The notes beneath the pieces were generated by a model. The model saw only the letters and a list, made by a program, of their open reading frames with translations, was not told the origin of the DNA and did not search any database. From assembly GCF_030435755.1 (NCBI RefSeq), contig NC_080855.1:24594445-24658444 (forward strand): a stretch of DNA of 64,000 bases. The letters are read 5' to 3'. This document shows, one piece after another, positions 45,196 through 63,998 of the stretch; position 1 is the first letter of the stretch; every line of letters starts with the position of its first letter. Both the position numbers and the translations under genes were made by a program. The stretch comes from Ochotona princeps. Lineage: Eukaryota.

Positions 45196-45432
45196 GTGGA
45201 ATTCCCAGAGGCCCGGATCTTTGAAGAGACCCTGAACATTCTGATCTACGAGACCCCCAGAGGCCCAGACCCAGCACTCCTGGAGGCCACAGGAGGCGCA
45301 GCTGGAGGAGGTAGGGCAGGCCGCGGGGAGGATGAGGAGACGCGAGAGCACCGTGTCCGCAGAATCCACGTTCGGCGCCACATCACCCACGATGAGCGTC
45401 CTCATGGCCAGCAGATTGTTTTCAAGGACTGA
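45196..45432 (+). CDS. KCTD13: KCTD13 exon 6, terminal ([78 protein letters not shown]), stop TGA at 45430-45432
   Basis: Acceptor is tctttggcag|GTG GAA TTC. The open frame runs to TGA. The translation is near-identical to the human C-terminus. Total CDS is 993 nt, 330 aa. Confidence 0.9.
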   Translation: MEFPEARIFEETLNILIYETPRGPDPALLEATGGAAGGGRAGRGEDEETREHRVRRIHVRRHITHDERPHGQQIVFKD

Positions 45433-45898
45433 CCTCTGACCCGTGCCCAGCCTCCTACCTCTGGGCACCGCCCCCTCCCTGCCTCGACTTTGCTGGTCAA
45501 GTCGCGGCCCCTCCCTATCTGCCCTACCTTCCCTGCGGTTGCATCACTGCATGGGACAGTCCACCTCCACCGTGGCCCTTCTCAAGTCATCCTCACTCGC
45601 TGCTAACAACAGGGGGCACCCTCACACCTCCCTGCGTTCCCATCCCTGCCCCACCCTCCTTCCCTCAGCAGCTGGGTTGGAATGATTCAGAATTCCCTCT
45701 GCCTTTTTTTAGTGTGTTGCCCACGCTCAAGTGTCAAGGATGACACCCACCACTTTGGAGCCACCCCACTCCCGCCTGCCCCATGCAGGGTAGCTTACCC
45801 CCCTCTTCGTCCTGCCATTCTCCCTGCGCCCATGACTTTGTACGAGGCTGTCCTGGACCTGGCCCAGTTCAGCCATCTTCTTGATCTGTTTCATATTA

Positions 45899-45904
45899 TT
45901 TATT
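45899..45904 (-). terminator. ASPHD1: AATAAA polyadenylation signal on the minus strand (tttatt on plus), candidate for the ASPHD1 3' end (3' UTR about 330 nt)
   Basis: The plus strand reads atattatTTTATTatttaaatt, and this is the first AATAAA downstream of the ASPHD1 stop (46210-46212) on the minus strand. It lies only about 30 nt from the KCTD13 signal on the opposite strand. Confidence 0.45.
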
Positions 45905-45930
45905 ATTTAAATTTTCTATTAAATTATTGG

Positions 45931-45936
45931 AATAAA
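45931..45936 (+). terminator. KCTD13: AATAAA polyadenylation signal, candidate for the proximal KCTD13 3' end (3' UTR about 500 nt)
   Basis: ttattggAATAAAgtggagtag. Longer 3' UTR isoforms cannot be excluded from sequence alone. Confidence 0.5.
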
Positions 45937-46209
45937 GTGGAGTAGAAGATGTGATGCCAGCTGTCCCAGCAGAGGCTCTGAGGACCACCTGTGCTAAGCA
46001 GACGCCTGACTCATTTTGTGGGAGTGGTCATGAGCCCCTGCCCAGAGCCTGGTAGCAGAGAAGGAAGTAGTCAGGACTCAGGAGATGATTCACAAATTCT
46101 ATTTCGTGGCCACACCACCAGCCGCCTGCCTCCCCAAGACCCTCACAGTTTGGAGGCCCTGGCCACCGCCGACGCCAACCCTGAGTGCATCATCTCTCCA
46201 GCTCAGGTG

Positions 46210-46319
46210 TCAAGGGTCTGGTGCAAAGACGTAGTCCAGGGCCTGACGCTCGGCCCCAGCTACGTTGGGGTGCCAAAGGTCCACGATGAACACCACTCGC
46301 GGCCCGTCTTCTGGGTTGC
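46210..46319 (-). CDS. ASPHD1: ASPHD1 terminal coding exon ([36 protein letters not shown]), stop TGA at 46212-46210
   Basis: The minus-strand acceptor reads ccttccatgtcccag|GC AAC CCA GAA (phase 1). The translation matches the human ASPHD1 C-terminus ([35 protein letters not shown]). Confidence 0.85.
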
Positions 46320-46719
46320 CTGGGACATGGAAGGTGGGAAGAACAGCGCTCACCAAGCCCTCGTGACGGCAAGCACATGTTCAGGAGGTGCCCAGCCTCG
46401 TTCTAACTCCAGGCCTGTACCAACACTCATAGTGAAAGTAACTGACACAGTGGCACAGCCCAAGCACAGCCGCTTAGTCACCTGCCCAAGCACAGGGCAG
46501 GGCAGGAGCCCCAGCCATCCAGGTCCCCTCCCCCACAGCCACCGGGCTCTGTGCCTACATTCACCCTTGCGGCCACCAGGGAAGGCAGTCACCCCATGGA
46601 GATGGCCCAAGGTCCTGCAGCTTGCTGTTGGAACAGGAATCAGTCAGACCTGATTCTCCCACCCTCTGCCCACTCTCCTTCCCCTTTCTCCCACCTCCCC
46701 CGCCACTCGCAGCCCTTAC

Positions 46720-46833
46720 CATTGTGGGCTACTGTGTGCAGGAAGGAGTCATCCACCAGTAGACAGTGCCCCTCAGCCCAACACTGGGGCTCACCCCCGA
46801 CCACCAGCTCACAGCCAGAGGGGATCTTCAGGC
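46720..46833 (-). CDS. ASPHD1: ASPHD1 middle coding exon ([39 protein letters not shown])
   Basis: Acceptor is ctctcccccacag|GC CTG AAG ATC. Donor is AAT G|gtaagg. The translation matches human [38 protein letters not shown]. Phase 1 in and 1 out. Confidence 0.85.
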
Positions 46834-47764
46834 CTGTGGGGGAGAGAGTCCAGCATCCAACCCTCCTGGCCAATGCAGACATAATTAAACACACTGCTGA
46901 AGTAAGTGCTCAGAGATGCCCAAAGTGCAGTCTATGGCCGACAGAGGCTGCCTGCAAGAAATGGCACTGCAGGCTTTCTGATGGTCGGAGTCAAGCACCT
47001 AACTAACCAGGTGCAAGACAGTGTAGGACTGGCAGCTCCAGCCTGGCGCTCAGATCACGTGGCTGAGCATGGGACACAAAGGCAGCAGCCCAATCAGAGA
47101 AGGCGTGGCCACTGCCACTTGGACAGGAGTTTCCCAGAAGGCCAACAGGGAGGAAAGATGGGAAGGATCAGCCCCATGGCCTCCGTGCTGTGGGCATGAT
47201 GGGAGGGCAAGAAGGTTCTAGACTGCATCCTGAGGCCAGCATGTCCCTAAGGGCAGGACACAGCCAACTGGCAGCACGAGCGATGATTTTGCGCCATGGT
47301 CATTTCCTTATAAACTTTAAAGCATCAAAAGAAAAACCAAAAACCCTCTTGGGGTGTTACTGCCTCAAACACTCCAGTGACTGCTCCCTTTTCAGAGAAG
47401 AACATGTAGATTTCAGGCTGAGGGAGAACAGAGTATTTAGCTGGAATGTTTACAAATTTCTTTCTGAGAACCTGTTTTTACGAGTAGCTTCCCTTTGGGG
47501 CAAGTCATAGTGGTGGGCACTTAGAGTTCCATAAAGATCCCTAATAAGTAAAAGAAGGTGTGGGGCCGGGGGTCCTTCTGAGGCCAGTGGGCAGGTAGAA
47601 AAGGCCCACAGAAAGGCTAACTAAACCCGCCTGCAGGTCCCTGCTGTGGGCGCCCAGGAACTGTGCTCACAGCCCTGGAGAGAACGCTCAGGCAGCAGAG
47701 AACCTCTGCTCAGGGATCTCACAGAGCCATGGAGGAGGTCTGCTGGCCGACTGCATCTACTCAC

Positions 47765-48593
47765 CCAGGTGGCAGCGGACGCGAGCATTGGTGGGCCCGC
47801 AGCGACCCTCGAGCCGAGCTCCGGGCAGGAGGACGGAGAAGCCAGCATTGCCAAAGGTGTTGGCACTCATGAAGCTTCGCAGGCCCCGCAGGGCCCGGTA
47901 GGCACCCGGGCATCGGCGGCAGTTGCTGGGTTGGCAGCGGCCTGCTTGGTAGAGCAGGAGCTGGTAGCAGCCAGGCCCCAGTGCTGGGGACCAGCCCCGA
48001 GGCAGGGGACTAGTCCCTGAGAAGTCCCAGCTCACAGCCCCAAAGTCACGCAGGATGGCAGGGAAGCTGTTTTCCAAGAGCTCCACGTCGTGCCGCTGAG
48101 CATCCCGCGGCACAAAGGGCATCGAAGGCAGGTCTGGCAGGAAGAATAGGCCTGGGCGCTGAATGCCCAGGATGCACGGCCCTCCCCCGGGGCCTGGGCC
48201 ACCCTGTGCTGCCCGTCTCACTCTCCCCATACCTGCCCAGGAGTAGCGCTGGGCATAGGCCCGCAACCGACGGCTCACCAGGCCCTCAGCCCTGCTCCCT
48301 TCCCTGGCCTCCACAGAGCTCCTGGGGCCTGGCCTGCCAGCCTCGGGGCATCCCACGCTCACAGCCCCAGCCTGGCCACCAGCTCCCAGGGCCTGCAGGT
48401 CTTGGGAACCCAGCCGGTAGCAGTACCAGAGGAAGAGGGAAGTGAGGGCGCCCAAGAGCAAGGTGAAAGCTGAGGATGCCAGGGGCAGTGGCCAGGGCAG
48501 CAGGCCCGGCAGGACGGCCCTGGCCAAGAGCCCCGGGGTGTCCTCCAGGCCCCAGGCTCCGAGTGCCCCCAGCTCGCCACCTGTGCCTTCCAT
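47765..48593 (-). CDS. ASPHD1: ASPHD1 first coding exon (MEGTGGELGALGAWGLEDTPGLLARAVLPGLLPWPLPLASSAFTLLLGALTSLFLWYCYRLGSQDL...NARVRCHL+G), includes the TM segment and start of the Asp/Asn beta-hydroxylase-like domain
   Basis: Minus ORF 47757-48851. The first in-frame ATG is at 48593-48591 (MEGTGG, same as the internal Met of human ASPHD1). The upstream part of the ORF is open but has no ATG; the ORF-track M is a GTG. Donor is CTG G|gtgagt at 47765/47764. The translation is strongly similar to human ASPHD1 throughout. Total CDS is 1053 nt, 350 aa. Confidence 0.85.
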
Positions 48594-48599
48594 GGCAGC

Positions 48600-50759
<2,160 letters not shown>

Positions 50760-51306
50760 TGAGCAATGGGCCAGAAAGGGATTGTTTTTAGCAGCCTCTC
50801 AAGGGTTAAATCCAGGAAGGAGAGCTGGGGAAGCAGGGGGTGTTTGCAGAGGCGGTGGGCAGGAGGAGCAAGCGGGGCACCCGGGTGGGAGATGGAGGTG
50901 CGAGAGGAGACGCCAGGCGCTATACACGCCACTGCTCTTGGACATCTGGACAAAGAGAAAGGAACAGAGGCAGGGAGCAGAGATCCAAGCCTCGGTCCCG
51001 CAGCCAGACTCCAGAGGAGGCAGGGACTGCAGGCGATGAGAGAGAGAGAGCGCCAGCTACACTGCAGACAGAGACCCAGAGAGAAAGCTCAGCACTCCTT
51101 GCGGGGCAGCAAGGCCTCGGGAGCAGCCAGACCCTCCCAGTGCCTCAGGGCTGGGGGCACAGCACCATAGAGCTGGAGGGGCGGTGGTTTCAGTGCTCCA
51201 AGCTGCCCCGTTGGCGCTGTCCAGCACTCGTGAATGCTCCATGGTGCCTACCGGAGGCCCACATGGCCGCAGCAGGGGAGGCGGTGGCAGGGTGATTGGT
51301 GTCTAG

Positions 51307-51855
<549 letters not shown>

Positions 51856-52110
51856 TGAGGATGCAAAATAGAGAAATGGAGAATTCCAGAGAGAGCGAGA
51901 CAGGGAAGAGAAGGGCTACTGGGAGAGAGAGCTGGGGAGAAAGGGGTACCAGGAGAGAGAGCAGATCTGGATGAGGAGACGGATGGGGGGACCATGATCC
52001 TGATGGAGGCTCCTGAGAGTGGGAAGAGGGGTGTCAGGCTGTGGAGGCCTTGGGGGAAGGTGAAGAACTCCAGTGGGGAAGGGAGAAGTGAGGGGACCTG
52101 TGCCTTCTGA

Positions 52111-52578
<468 letters not shown>

Positions 52579-52706
52579 TGAGTGAGGCATGGTGGCTATT
52601 TCTGCTTAACCACTTCAAAGGGCAAGCGGGAGTGTGGCTCGCCAGGTGTGTTATCCTTGATGCGCCTGGCTACAGGTGGGAGAGCAAGCCTGAGGGTGGG
52701 GGGTAA

Positions 52707-53484
<778 letters not shown>

Positions 53485-54242
53485 TGAGTGCCTGCTTCAT
53501 GCCAGGAAGGGAGTGAACAAGCCAAGCGTACATTACGGGACCGTAATTAGGCATATGGGCACATGTGCCTGGAAAAGGTGATGGCCGAAGAAGAGAGAGA
53601 GAGAGAGGAAGAGGGAGGCAGTTGTCCAAGTAGATGAGGAAGCACATCCCAGACCCAGAGAGGACAGAGCCTGTGACGTGCTGGCCTAGAAGACAGGAGG
53701 GTCCTAGCTGAGGGACCTGGGACAATGCCTTGACCTTTCTGTGCCTTGTGGTCTTGTCTGAAAAGTAGGGAGGAGCGCTCCTTAGGACGGCCAGGTGAGT
53801 ACACACACGTGTACGGGCTTCAGACAGCATTCAGCACATGGGGAGAGCTGAGGCCTCGGTCAGTGCCAGTACAGTGAGAGCGCAGAGGGGATGAGCAGGT
53901 GGCCCCTCCCTGCCAAAGCCAGGGCTGTGCAGCCTGGAGGAGTCAGATCTGGAGCAGACACGTTGGCTTTAGGAAGAGGTTCAGGTGCCTTCCCCAGCAA
54001 GTGTGAAGGAGACCTGCAGCATCCTAGCCTCACCTCTGTGTCTTGGATTCTTAGGATGCCAGGGGTTGTGCCTGTGCATGGCTGCATTCACAATGTGCAC
54101 CTGCAGCCAACTTGCACGTGTGTGTACACCTGTGCTCATCTGTGTACGGATACCTTCCCCCTGTGCACACGTGGACACGAGGTGAACCCCCACCCCCCGG
54201 CCGAGACACTGCCATCTTCTCCAGGCCCCTTCCTATGTGCTT

Positions 54243-54570
54243 AAAGAAAAAGATTTATTTATTTATTTATTTATGTAATTGGAAGGCAGAGTTACAGGGA
54301 CAATGATTGGAGGGGAGAGGGGGCATGGATCATCCAACTGCTGGTTCATTCCCAAAATGGCTGCAATAGCTGGGACTGGATCAGGCAAAGCCAGGAGTCA
54401 GAAGTTTCTTCTGGGTCTCCCACAAGGGTGCAGGAGTCCCAAGCCTTGGGCCGTCCTCCATTGCCTGCCCAGATCATAGGCAGGGAACTGGATTGGAAGT
54501 GGAACCGCTAGGTCTACAATTTGTGCCCAAATGTGTGGCAGGTAGAGGATTAGCCTGATGTGTGACAGCA
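54243..54570 (-). mobile_element. C-repeat SINE, antisense (SEZ6L2 intron 5)
   Basis: aagatttatttatttatttatttatgtaattggaaggcagagttacagggac...ctggttcattcccaaaatggctgcaatagctgggactggatcaggcaaagccaggagtcagaag...gcctgcccagatcataggcagggaactggattggaagtggaacc. Confidence 0.8.
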
Positions 54571-56279
54571 TTGACTCTATCCTGTGTTCTGTGATGACAG
54601 GAAGTATTAGGCCAGTGTGGGGGTCATGTCACCGCAGGCCTGGCCTGGCTTCGTGGATGGACACCGGCCACTGTGAGCCCTGCTGGTGTTTTCTATGTTC
54701 TGCTCAGAACACAGCCTGTAAATCCTCCTTTGGATGCACCAGCTTCTCCCACCCCGCTCCAGGGGCTCCTGGGTGCACAGCGGGGTGTACCCAGAGCCCA
54801 GGGAGTGAGCTGGGGCCATGTCCTTGGCAGGGACGCCTGCATGTTAGCAGCAAGAGTGGGCCTTGGAGGCCACCCCCACCCCTGTCCTGGGGCCTTGGAT
54901 TGGGCTTGAGATACTATTGGATGGCTCCCTTGACTCCTCGCTGCCGCCACTCCCCCGGGGCATCCAAAATAGGACTCCGTAGGCTAACTGGAACGTAGGT
55001 GAAAGCAGGGCTGTTGCATAAACTGGCCTTGGTTCCCGCCTTAGTCTTCCTCACTCTGTGGCTCTACCAGCACCTCGGAGACCCAGGCCTACTTAAGCCG
55101 CACCTCACTTCCCAAGGTTGGAGGGGGCAGAGGGGACTGGGCTCAGGGTGGCCTCATTCACTCCTCTGAGAGGTCCAAAATGCCACCACCTGTCACCCCA
55201 AGTGCAGAGCCCTTTCTCCTGTAACAGTCCCTGCAACAGTCCCCGAGCCCCCAGCTGTGATAACAGCCCTGAAGATTATGCAGATTCTCAAGCACCTGTA
55301 AGCCAAGCGCACCCTCACACACCCTGACTCCCCATGGCTCTTGAGTGAAGTAGGAGGGGCAGATCTTGAGCCCTCTGCATCCTCTGAGCTCTGTATGTTT
55401 CTTGTAACTTTCAAACCCATGCTCACTGAGTGGGGAGGAGAGTTCCTGCCATCCAGAGGCATCGGGGCTGCAGAGGCGAAAGCTGTTGCTGACAGTGACG
55501 GAGCCCAGAAGCTGGGGCTCCCAGGACTGGACCTCAGCTCTGCCTACTTCCAAACACATCCACTTGGCTAGGCTATTAGGAGAGAAATGAAATTGGAGTT
55601 AGTTTTATCTCATAGTGGCACTGGACAGAGGCAAGAAGTAACACTGTTGCAGAGAGAAGATGGAGGCTTCCTGAAAGGGGTGGTGGTAGGGTTACTCCTT
55701 GAAAGAGGAAGAAGTGTGCAGGGAGGGCCTTCACAATCTAGGGCGAGGACATGAGCCAAGGTACAGAGGTGGGGTTATAAGGAGTCCCCAAGCTGTGTTA
55801 TGTCGGAGGGCTATGATTCAGGTGCTGAATACCATAGCCAGTCATGCTGGACTGGACCCAGCTGTGCAATGGTTTAAAGTTTAGAATGAAACATGTGACT
55901 GTTTCTGTAGACCCCAGGGGCTAAGTGTGACCCAGACCATCGAGGCCCGAGTCATTCTGAGATCCTTGCACCTCAGCAGACTGGAGAGACTCAGCGGGCA
56001 AAGCCAGGGTCTTGGGCATCTCTCCGTCCCCCAAAGGGAATGCTTGTTGCATTTTGGAAAGAGTCAAGGACAAAGCAAGCTAGGAGTCACCCAAGCTCTC
56101 TGCTGCCCAGAACCTGCCCCTCCTACAAGATGCAGCTTTGCTGTGCTTCCTTCAGGAAGCCCTTCTGGATGTCAAGTTACACCTGGTTCTGAAGCGTAGA
56201 CACACAGAATTCTGTTGGGATCAAGGTCAGAGCTCAATGTTGATTAACAAGCAGCTTGCAATTCATTTCTTCTTCTTTT

Positions 56280-56545
56280 TTTAAAAAAATTTATTTATTT
56301 TTATTGGAGAGCCAGGTTTACAGAAAGAAGGAGAGACAGAGAGATATCCCATCCATTGATTTACTCCCCAGTGGCCACGATGGCCAGAGTTGAGCCAATC
56401 CAAAGCCAGGAGCCAGGAGCTTCTTCCTGGTCTCCCATGTGGGTGCAGGGACCCAAAGCTTGGGCCATCCTCAACTACCGGCACCTATATAGGATCAGTG
56501 CGTGCAAGGCAAGGTTTAGCTGCTAGGCTACTGTGCTGGGCCCCT
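56280..56545 (-). mobile_element. C-repeat SINE, antisense, with a short internal deletion
   Basis: ttaaaaaaatttatttatttttattggagagccaggtttacagaaagaaggagagacagagagatatcccatccattgatttactccccagtggccacgatggccagagttgagccaatccaaagccaggagccaggagc...tttagctgctaggctactgtgctgggcccc. Confidence 0.8.
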
Positions 56546-56547
56546 GT

Positions 56548-56864
56548 CTTTTTTTTTTTTTTTGAAAGGCAGATTTATAGGTAGAGAATAAGAGACAGAG
56601 AAACACCTGCCATCCACTGGTTCACTCGCCAAATGACCACAATGGCCGAAACTTTAAAGCCAGTAGCCAGGAGCCAGGAGGCTCCTCTGGGTCTCTCATG
56701 TAGGTACAGAGTCCCAAGGCTTTGGACCATCCTCAACTGCTTTCCCAGGCCACAGACAGGGAGCTGGATGGGAAGTGGAGCAGCTGGAATAACAACTGGT
56801 GCCATATGGGATGTTGGCACTTTCATGTGGAAGGTTAAGCAGTTGAGCCACTGTGCTGCGCCCT
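56548..56864 (-). mobile_element. C-repeat SINE, antisense, inserted directly adjacent to the previous copy
   Basis: (T)n gaaaggcagatttataggtagagaataagagacagagaaacacctgccatccactggttcactcgccaaatgaccacaatggccgaaactttaaagccagtagccaggagccaggagg...gcagttgagccactgtgctgcgccc. Confidence 0.8.
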
Positions 56865-57284
56865 GTGCGGTTCTTTTATCCCATATGCTTGCGTGGGAAT
56901 TTCAGGAGGCTTTCAGAAACAGTGCAAGCAATACCGTTATACAGACCAAGTAAGAAAAAACAGCACCAGCTAGTTCTTACTAGTGTCAAAAGGATCAGCA
57001 AGGCTGGGGCCCCACCTTAATCTCTTTCCAAGCCTCCTGGCTGCCAGTGCAAAAAAGAAAGTCTCTCATGGCAAGAAAGAGAACAAGCCACTTGTTCAAG
57101 GAGAGTGAGCCCTGCTGAGCACTTCCCCTGCACTGGGGAATGGGCAGGTTCACTAGGTTAGGGGCCGGGTGCTAATCATCCCAGCCTTTACTGAGAGTCA
57201 ACATTGCTAAAAGAAAGGGTCTTATGGTTCATCTGGATGGCATGTGGAGGGTATGCCACCCCAAGACGCTTGTGTGGAAAATCC

Positions 57285-57375
57285 TTGTGTGTGTGTGTGT
57301 GGAGGGGTTGTATGTGTTTGAGTGTGAGTATTGTGAGTGTGTGAATGTGAGTGTGTTAGTGTGTATATGTGTGAG
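57285..57375. repeat. imperfect (TG)n / (GTGTGA)n-rich tract in SEZ6L2 intron 5
   Basis: ccttgtgtgtgtgtgtgtggaggggttgtatgtgtttgagtgtgagtattgtgagtgtgtgaatgtgagtgtgttagtgtgtatatgtgtgagcgtgt. Confidence 0.8.
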
Positions 57376-57714
57376 CGTGTAGGGAAGCAACTATTATACG
57401 GCACTGCAAAACTTGGAGCTCAATGTCTGCCTCTGGGAAATAGGTTGCTCAGCCTTTGCCTTTATCACACCCACAGAACGAATTCACTTGGGAAGCAGAA
57501 TTTGTTCTGTGGACACTGTCTGTTCTTGTTAGAGCTGGCCAGAGTTCCGAGTAGTCAGCTGATTCATCTGAGGCCAGAATAGCTTCTTGGAGCTTCAACT
57601 CCCTCATGAAGTAGGGAGGTGGGGAGTAGGAGGATTGCCAAGATTAGGGGTACCATTTCACCATCGTGAAATGACCTCCTCACAGAACAAGGTGTTGGGG
57701 CAAGGAACTTTTTT

Positions 57715-58604
<890 letters not shown>

Positions 58605-58649
58605 TGAGGCTCGGGGCCGGGGCTGCATCACTATCCTCCTTCTTTAAAA

Positions 58650-58992
58650 AAAAATGTATTTCTATATTTATTTACTTTCCTACTTATTTATTTGAAAGGC
58701 AGAGTGACACACATGCACACACATAGGGAGGAAGAGAGAAAGGGCTTCCATCTGCTTTCACTCCCCATGCAGCCACAATAGCCCAGCAGGTCTGGGCTGG
58801 GCCAAAACCAGGAGCCAGGAGCTCCACTCAGGTCTGTCTAGTCACAGGAGCCCTGGTACTTTAATCATGATTGTCCTCCTTCCCAGGCAAATTAGCAGGA
58901 AGCTGGCTTTGAAGCAGAGCAGTTGGGACTCAAATCAGCACCTCAGTGTGGGATGCAGGTGTCTTGGGCAGTGGCTTAGCTCTCTGCCCCCT
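58650..58992 (-). mobile_element. C-repeat-like SINE, antisense, old/diverged (SEZ6L2 intron 7)
   Basis: tatttatttactttcctacttatttatttgaaaggcagagtgacacacatgcacacacatagggaggaagagagaaagggcttccatctgctttcactccccatgcagccacaatagcccagcaggtctgggctgggccaaaaccaggagccaggagc...gctggctttgaagcagagcagttgggac. Confidence 0.65.
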
Positions 58993-59189
58993 GTCCATTC
59001 CTGTCATCATTGTCTAATAGCGTGGCACCCCAGCTGTACTGTGCATCTTGGACAGGCTGCATCTTCTTTCTGAATGACAATATTTGACTCAGATGCAAGT
59101 GAAGCAACATCTAAGTTATATCAGCTTCAAAGTATATGGGTGCCTTAGTGAATCTTTGATAATGAGAGCTATAAGAGTGAGTTAGAAGA

Positions 59190-59485
59190 GGGGCTGACAC
59201 CATGGCATAGTTGAACCAACTCCTGCAGTGCTGGCATCCCATGTGGACGCTGGTTCGAGTCCCAAGTGCTCCACTTCCAATCTAGTTCCCTACTAATGTG
59301 CCTGGGAAAGCAGCAGAGGTTCTTGGTGCCCATGTGAGAGACTCAGAACAAACTCCTGGCTCCCGGCTTTGGATTAGCCCAGCTTTGGCCATTGTGGCTA
59401 ATTGTGGAGTGCAGGAGCAGATGGAGGATCTCTCTATATAAATCTGCCTTTCAAATAAAAGTAAAATAAACAAATTTTTTAAAAA
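59190..59485 (+). mobile_element. C-repeat SINE, sense
   Basis: ggggctgacaccatggcatagttgaaccaactcctgcagtgctggcatcccatgtggacgctggttcgagtcccaagtgctccacttccaatctagttccctactaatgtgcctgggaaagcagcagagg. Confidence 0.8.
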
Positions 59486-59494
59486 TAACAATTT

Positions 59495-59818
59495 GGGCCC
59501 CGTAGTAGCCTAGCAGCTAAAGTCCACGCCTTGCATGTGCCGGGATCCCATATGGGTGCCGTTTTGTATCCTGGCTGTTCCACTTCCCATCCAGCTCCCT
59601 GCCTGTGGCCTGGGAAAGCAGTGGAGGACGGCCCAAAGCCTTGGACCCTGCACCCTCATGGGAGACCTTGCAGAAGCTCCTGGCTTTGGATGGGCTCAAC
59701 TCCAGCTGTTGTGGCCATTTAGGGAGTGAATCAGTGGACAGAGAATCTTCCTCTCTGTCTCTCCTCCTCTCTGTGTATCTGACTTTCCAATAAAATTTAA
59801 TAAATCTTCTTAAAAAAT
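59495..59818 (+). mobile_element. C-repeat SINE, sense, full length, young-looking; ends about 80 bp upstream of the SEZ6L2 exon 8 acceptor
   Basis: gggccccgtagtagcctagcagctaaagtccacgccttgcatgtgccgggatcccatatgggtgccgttttgtatcctggctgttccacttcccatccagctccctgcctgtggcctgggaaagcagtggagg...ctgactttccaataaaatttaataaatcttc. Confidence 0.85.
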
Positions 59819-59820
59819 AA

Positions 59821-60201
<381 letters not shown>

Positions 60202-61585
60202 TAGCAGGTACACAGCAAGAAGCTACAGGCCCCTGTGGCTCGTCCTTTGCACTATGTTGGCTCGAACCTGAAGCAAGTGCTCCCCATGGAACAGCCTGGC
60301 CACAGACTTCCCACTGACTTAGCCAGCTCAGCATGGGGAGGAAAGTGAGGAAAGTGTCCCCTCTCCTGAGCGCATCCACACAGGCACCAGGAGAGGTTCT
60401 CCTTGACCTGGTTTTAAGTCCTGTGCCTCTGTCTGAGCCGATCGCTATAGCTTGGCAGGCAGGGCGAGGGGGAGAAAGGGAGGACAGGCCAGTGCCGTGT
60501 GCCCCGTTGGCACCACTGGCACCGGCTCAAGCTGGGGAACTGGGAGTAGGGAAGGTATGCTTTCCGAAATGAAAGCAAAACAAGAGGGGGAGGGGAGATG
60601 GAGGCTGGATAGAAGAATGACCATGGGGGAAGAGACATCTGAACTTGACATTAAAGGGAAGCGAGTAGTTTCAAAGAGAAAAACAGAGATAGCATCCCAG
60701 TGTACAGGCTGCAGAATGCCATGTGTGTTCCAGAAACAGAACTTCACTCTGACTGGTTATGTATGGACAGTGGGAGAGCGAGTAAGATGCTCAGAGATGC
60801 GAGAAGCTAATTCCTGGAATGAATCATAGGAGCCACGGAATTGGCACTGGGCCCTGATGGGTAGGTGGGGTTTAGACCGGACACCTGGTTGGGTTAAGTA
60901 GCAGGCAAATAGGGCAGCGGTTTCCGCCAAGATTGCCCGATAGACCGCGAGGGTGTGGACACTCTGGAGCACTGATCTTTGGGGACAGTGCCTGGTCTTG
61001 AGGCCTGGCTCCACAACCCTGGAGGCCAGTCTACTCTTGGAACTTCCGGTTCCTTCTTGGCCGTGTCCTCCCTGGCAAGTGCTTTTGCTGTGAAGAGACT
61101 ACCTACGTGTGCTCGCTTCGCTGGCTCGGGCTGAAGCGCAAGCCCAGTCCCCGTTTGGCGTGAGCTCAGCGTTGCCTTCTAGCAACAGCATGGATGCTCA
61201 TTGTATTTTGAGGCGAGAACACACCTACACAAGCCAGTTCTTCACAGTCGTCCCTGCCCTCCCTCTGCCTGCCTCCCCCCACCCCCTCTTTGCAGTTGCC
61301 ACAGCCAAGTATTTGTGGCTGAGAAACATCAAGCCATCTGGTGTAGCCTTGTGGCCTGCTGGGTGACCTTGGAGAAGTGGCTTTTTTTTTTTTTTTGGCT
61401 GTGAATGTGCCCATCCATGTTTACTTCCAAAGGGGTCAAGGAAGGTAACGCAAAGGTGCAAATGAGGAGGATGAGTGTTTTAGGTAGGCTGGAACATGTA
61501 AGCGAAGCCCCAGGGCACTTTGGCTTTAAGGAGCCATGCCGTGGCACCCTGGCACCTGCCTTGAGCTCATTGAGGCCTATACTAA

Positions 61586-61855
<270 letters not shown>

Positions 61856-62108
61856 TGAGGGTTTTCAGGAAGGAGACCCTCAAAGCCAGACCTGAAAAAC
61901 CCAGGCTGGGAAGCACCGTCCCCGCAGGGATGGCTTCCTTTGGCTGAATTTAGGGGTCACAAACCCCGATGTCTTTGGGATCCAGAGCCGGGACTGGGCT
62001 AAGTCTGGGATGAGATGGGGTAGGTGAGCGGGAGAGTGGGCGTAGGAAGATCTCATGCGGCAAGAAGCAGGTGCATCTTAGGGCCTAGGAAGCAGGTGCA
62101 CACAGTGA

Positions 62109-62402
<294 letters not shown>

Positions 62403-62776
62403 TAGAGGCGACCAAGGGTTCAGCATAGGGCGGCAGACCTAGCTAAAAGGCATCTGTTACTGGGCAACATTGGACAAGTAAATGCAGCTGTACAGCCTCA
62501 TGGGGATGGGCAGGTGCAGGCGGTACTAAACTAAGAACAAGGGGGCTTTACCTTGCTGTCTGAGGCAGACCCTGACCCGAGCAGTTTCCCTGGGGTAAGG
62601 GCAAAACTATTCCAACACCAGAACACATGGTGTGCAAGATGGCTTTGGTAGGAGGGGCTCAGGGGAAATGGACAGGACCAGAAGTGGGTGTGGCCGCAAA
62701 GCAGGTGCTTGGGCCTATGATTGTTGGTGAGAGCTGGGCGTTGGGCTGAGCTAGGGATCCTGTGATCCTGTGGTGA

Positions 62777-63998
<1,222 letters not shown>

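Noticed and set aside
45991-46653. 220-aa plus-strand ORF
   Set aside because: Antisense to the ASPHD1 terminal exons and intron. No homology. The real coding signal here is on the minus strand.
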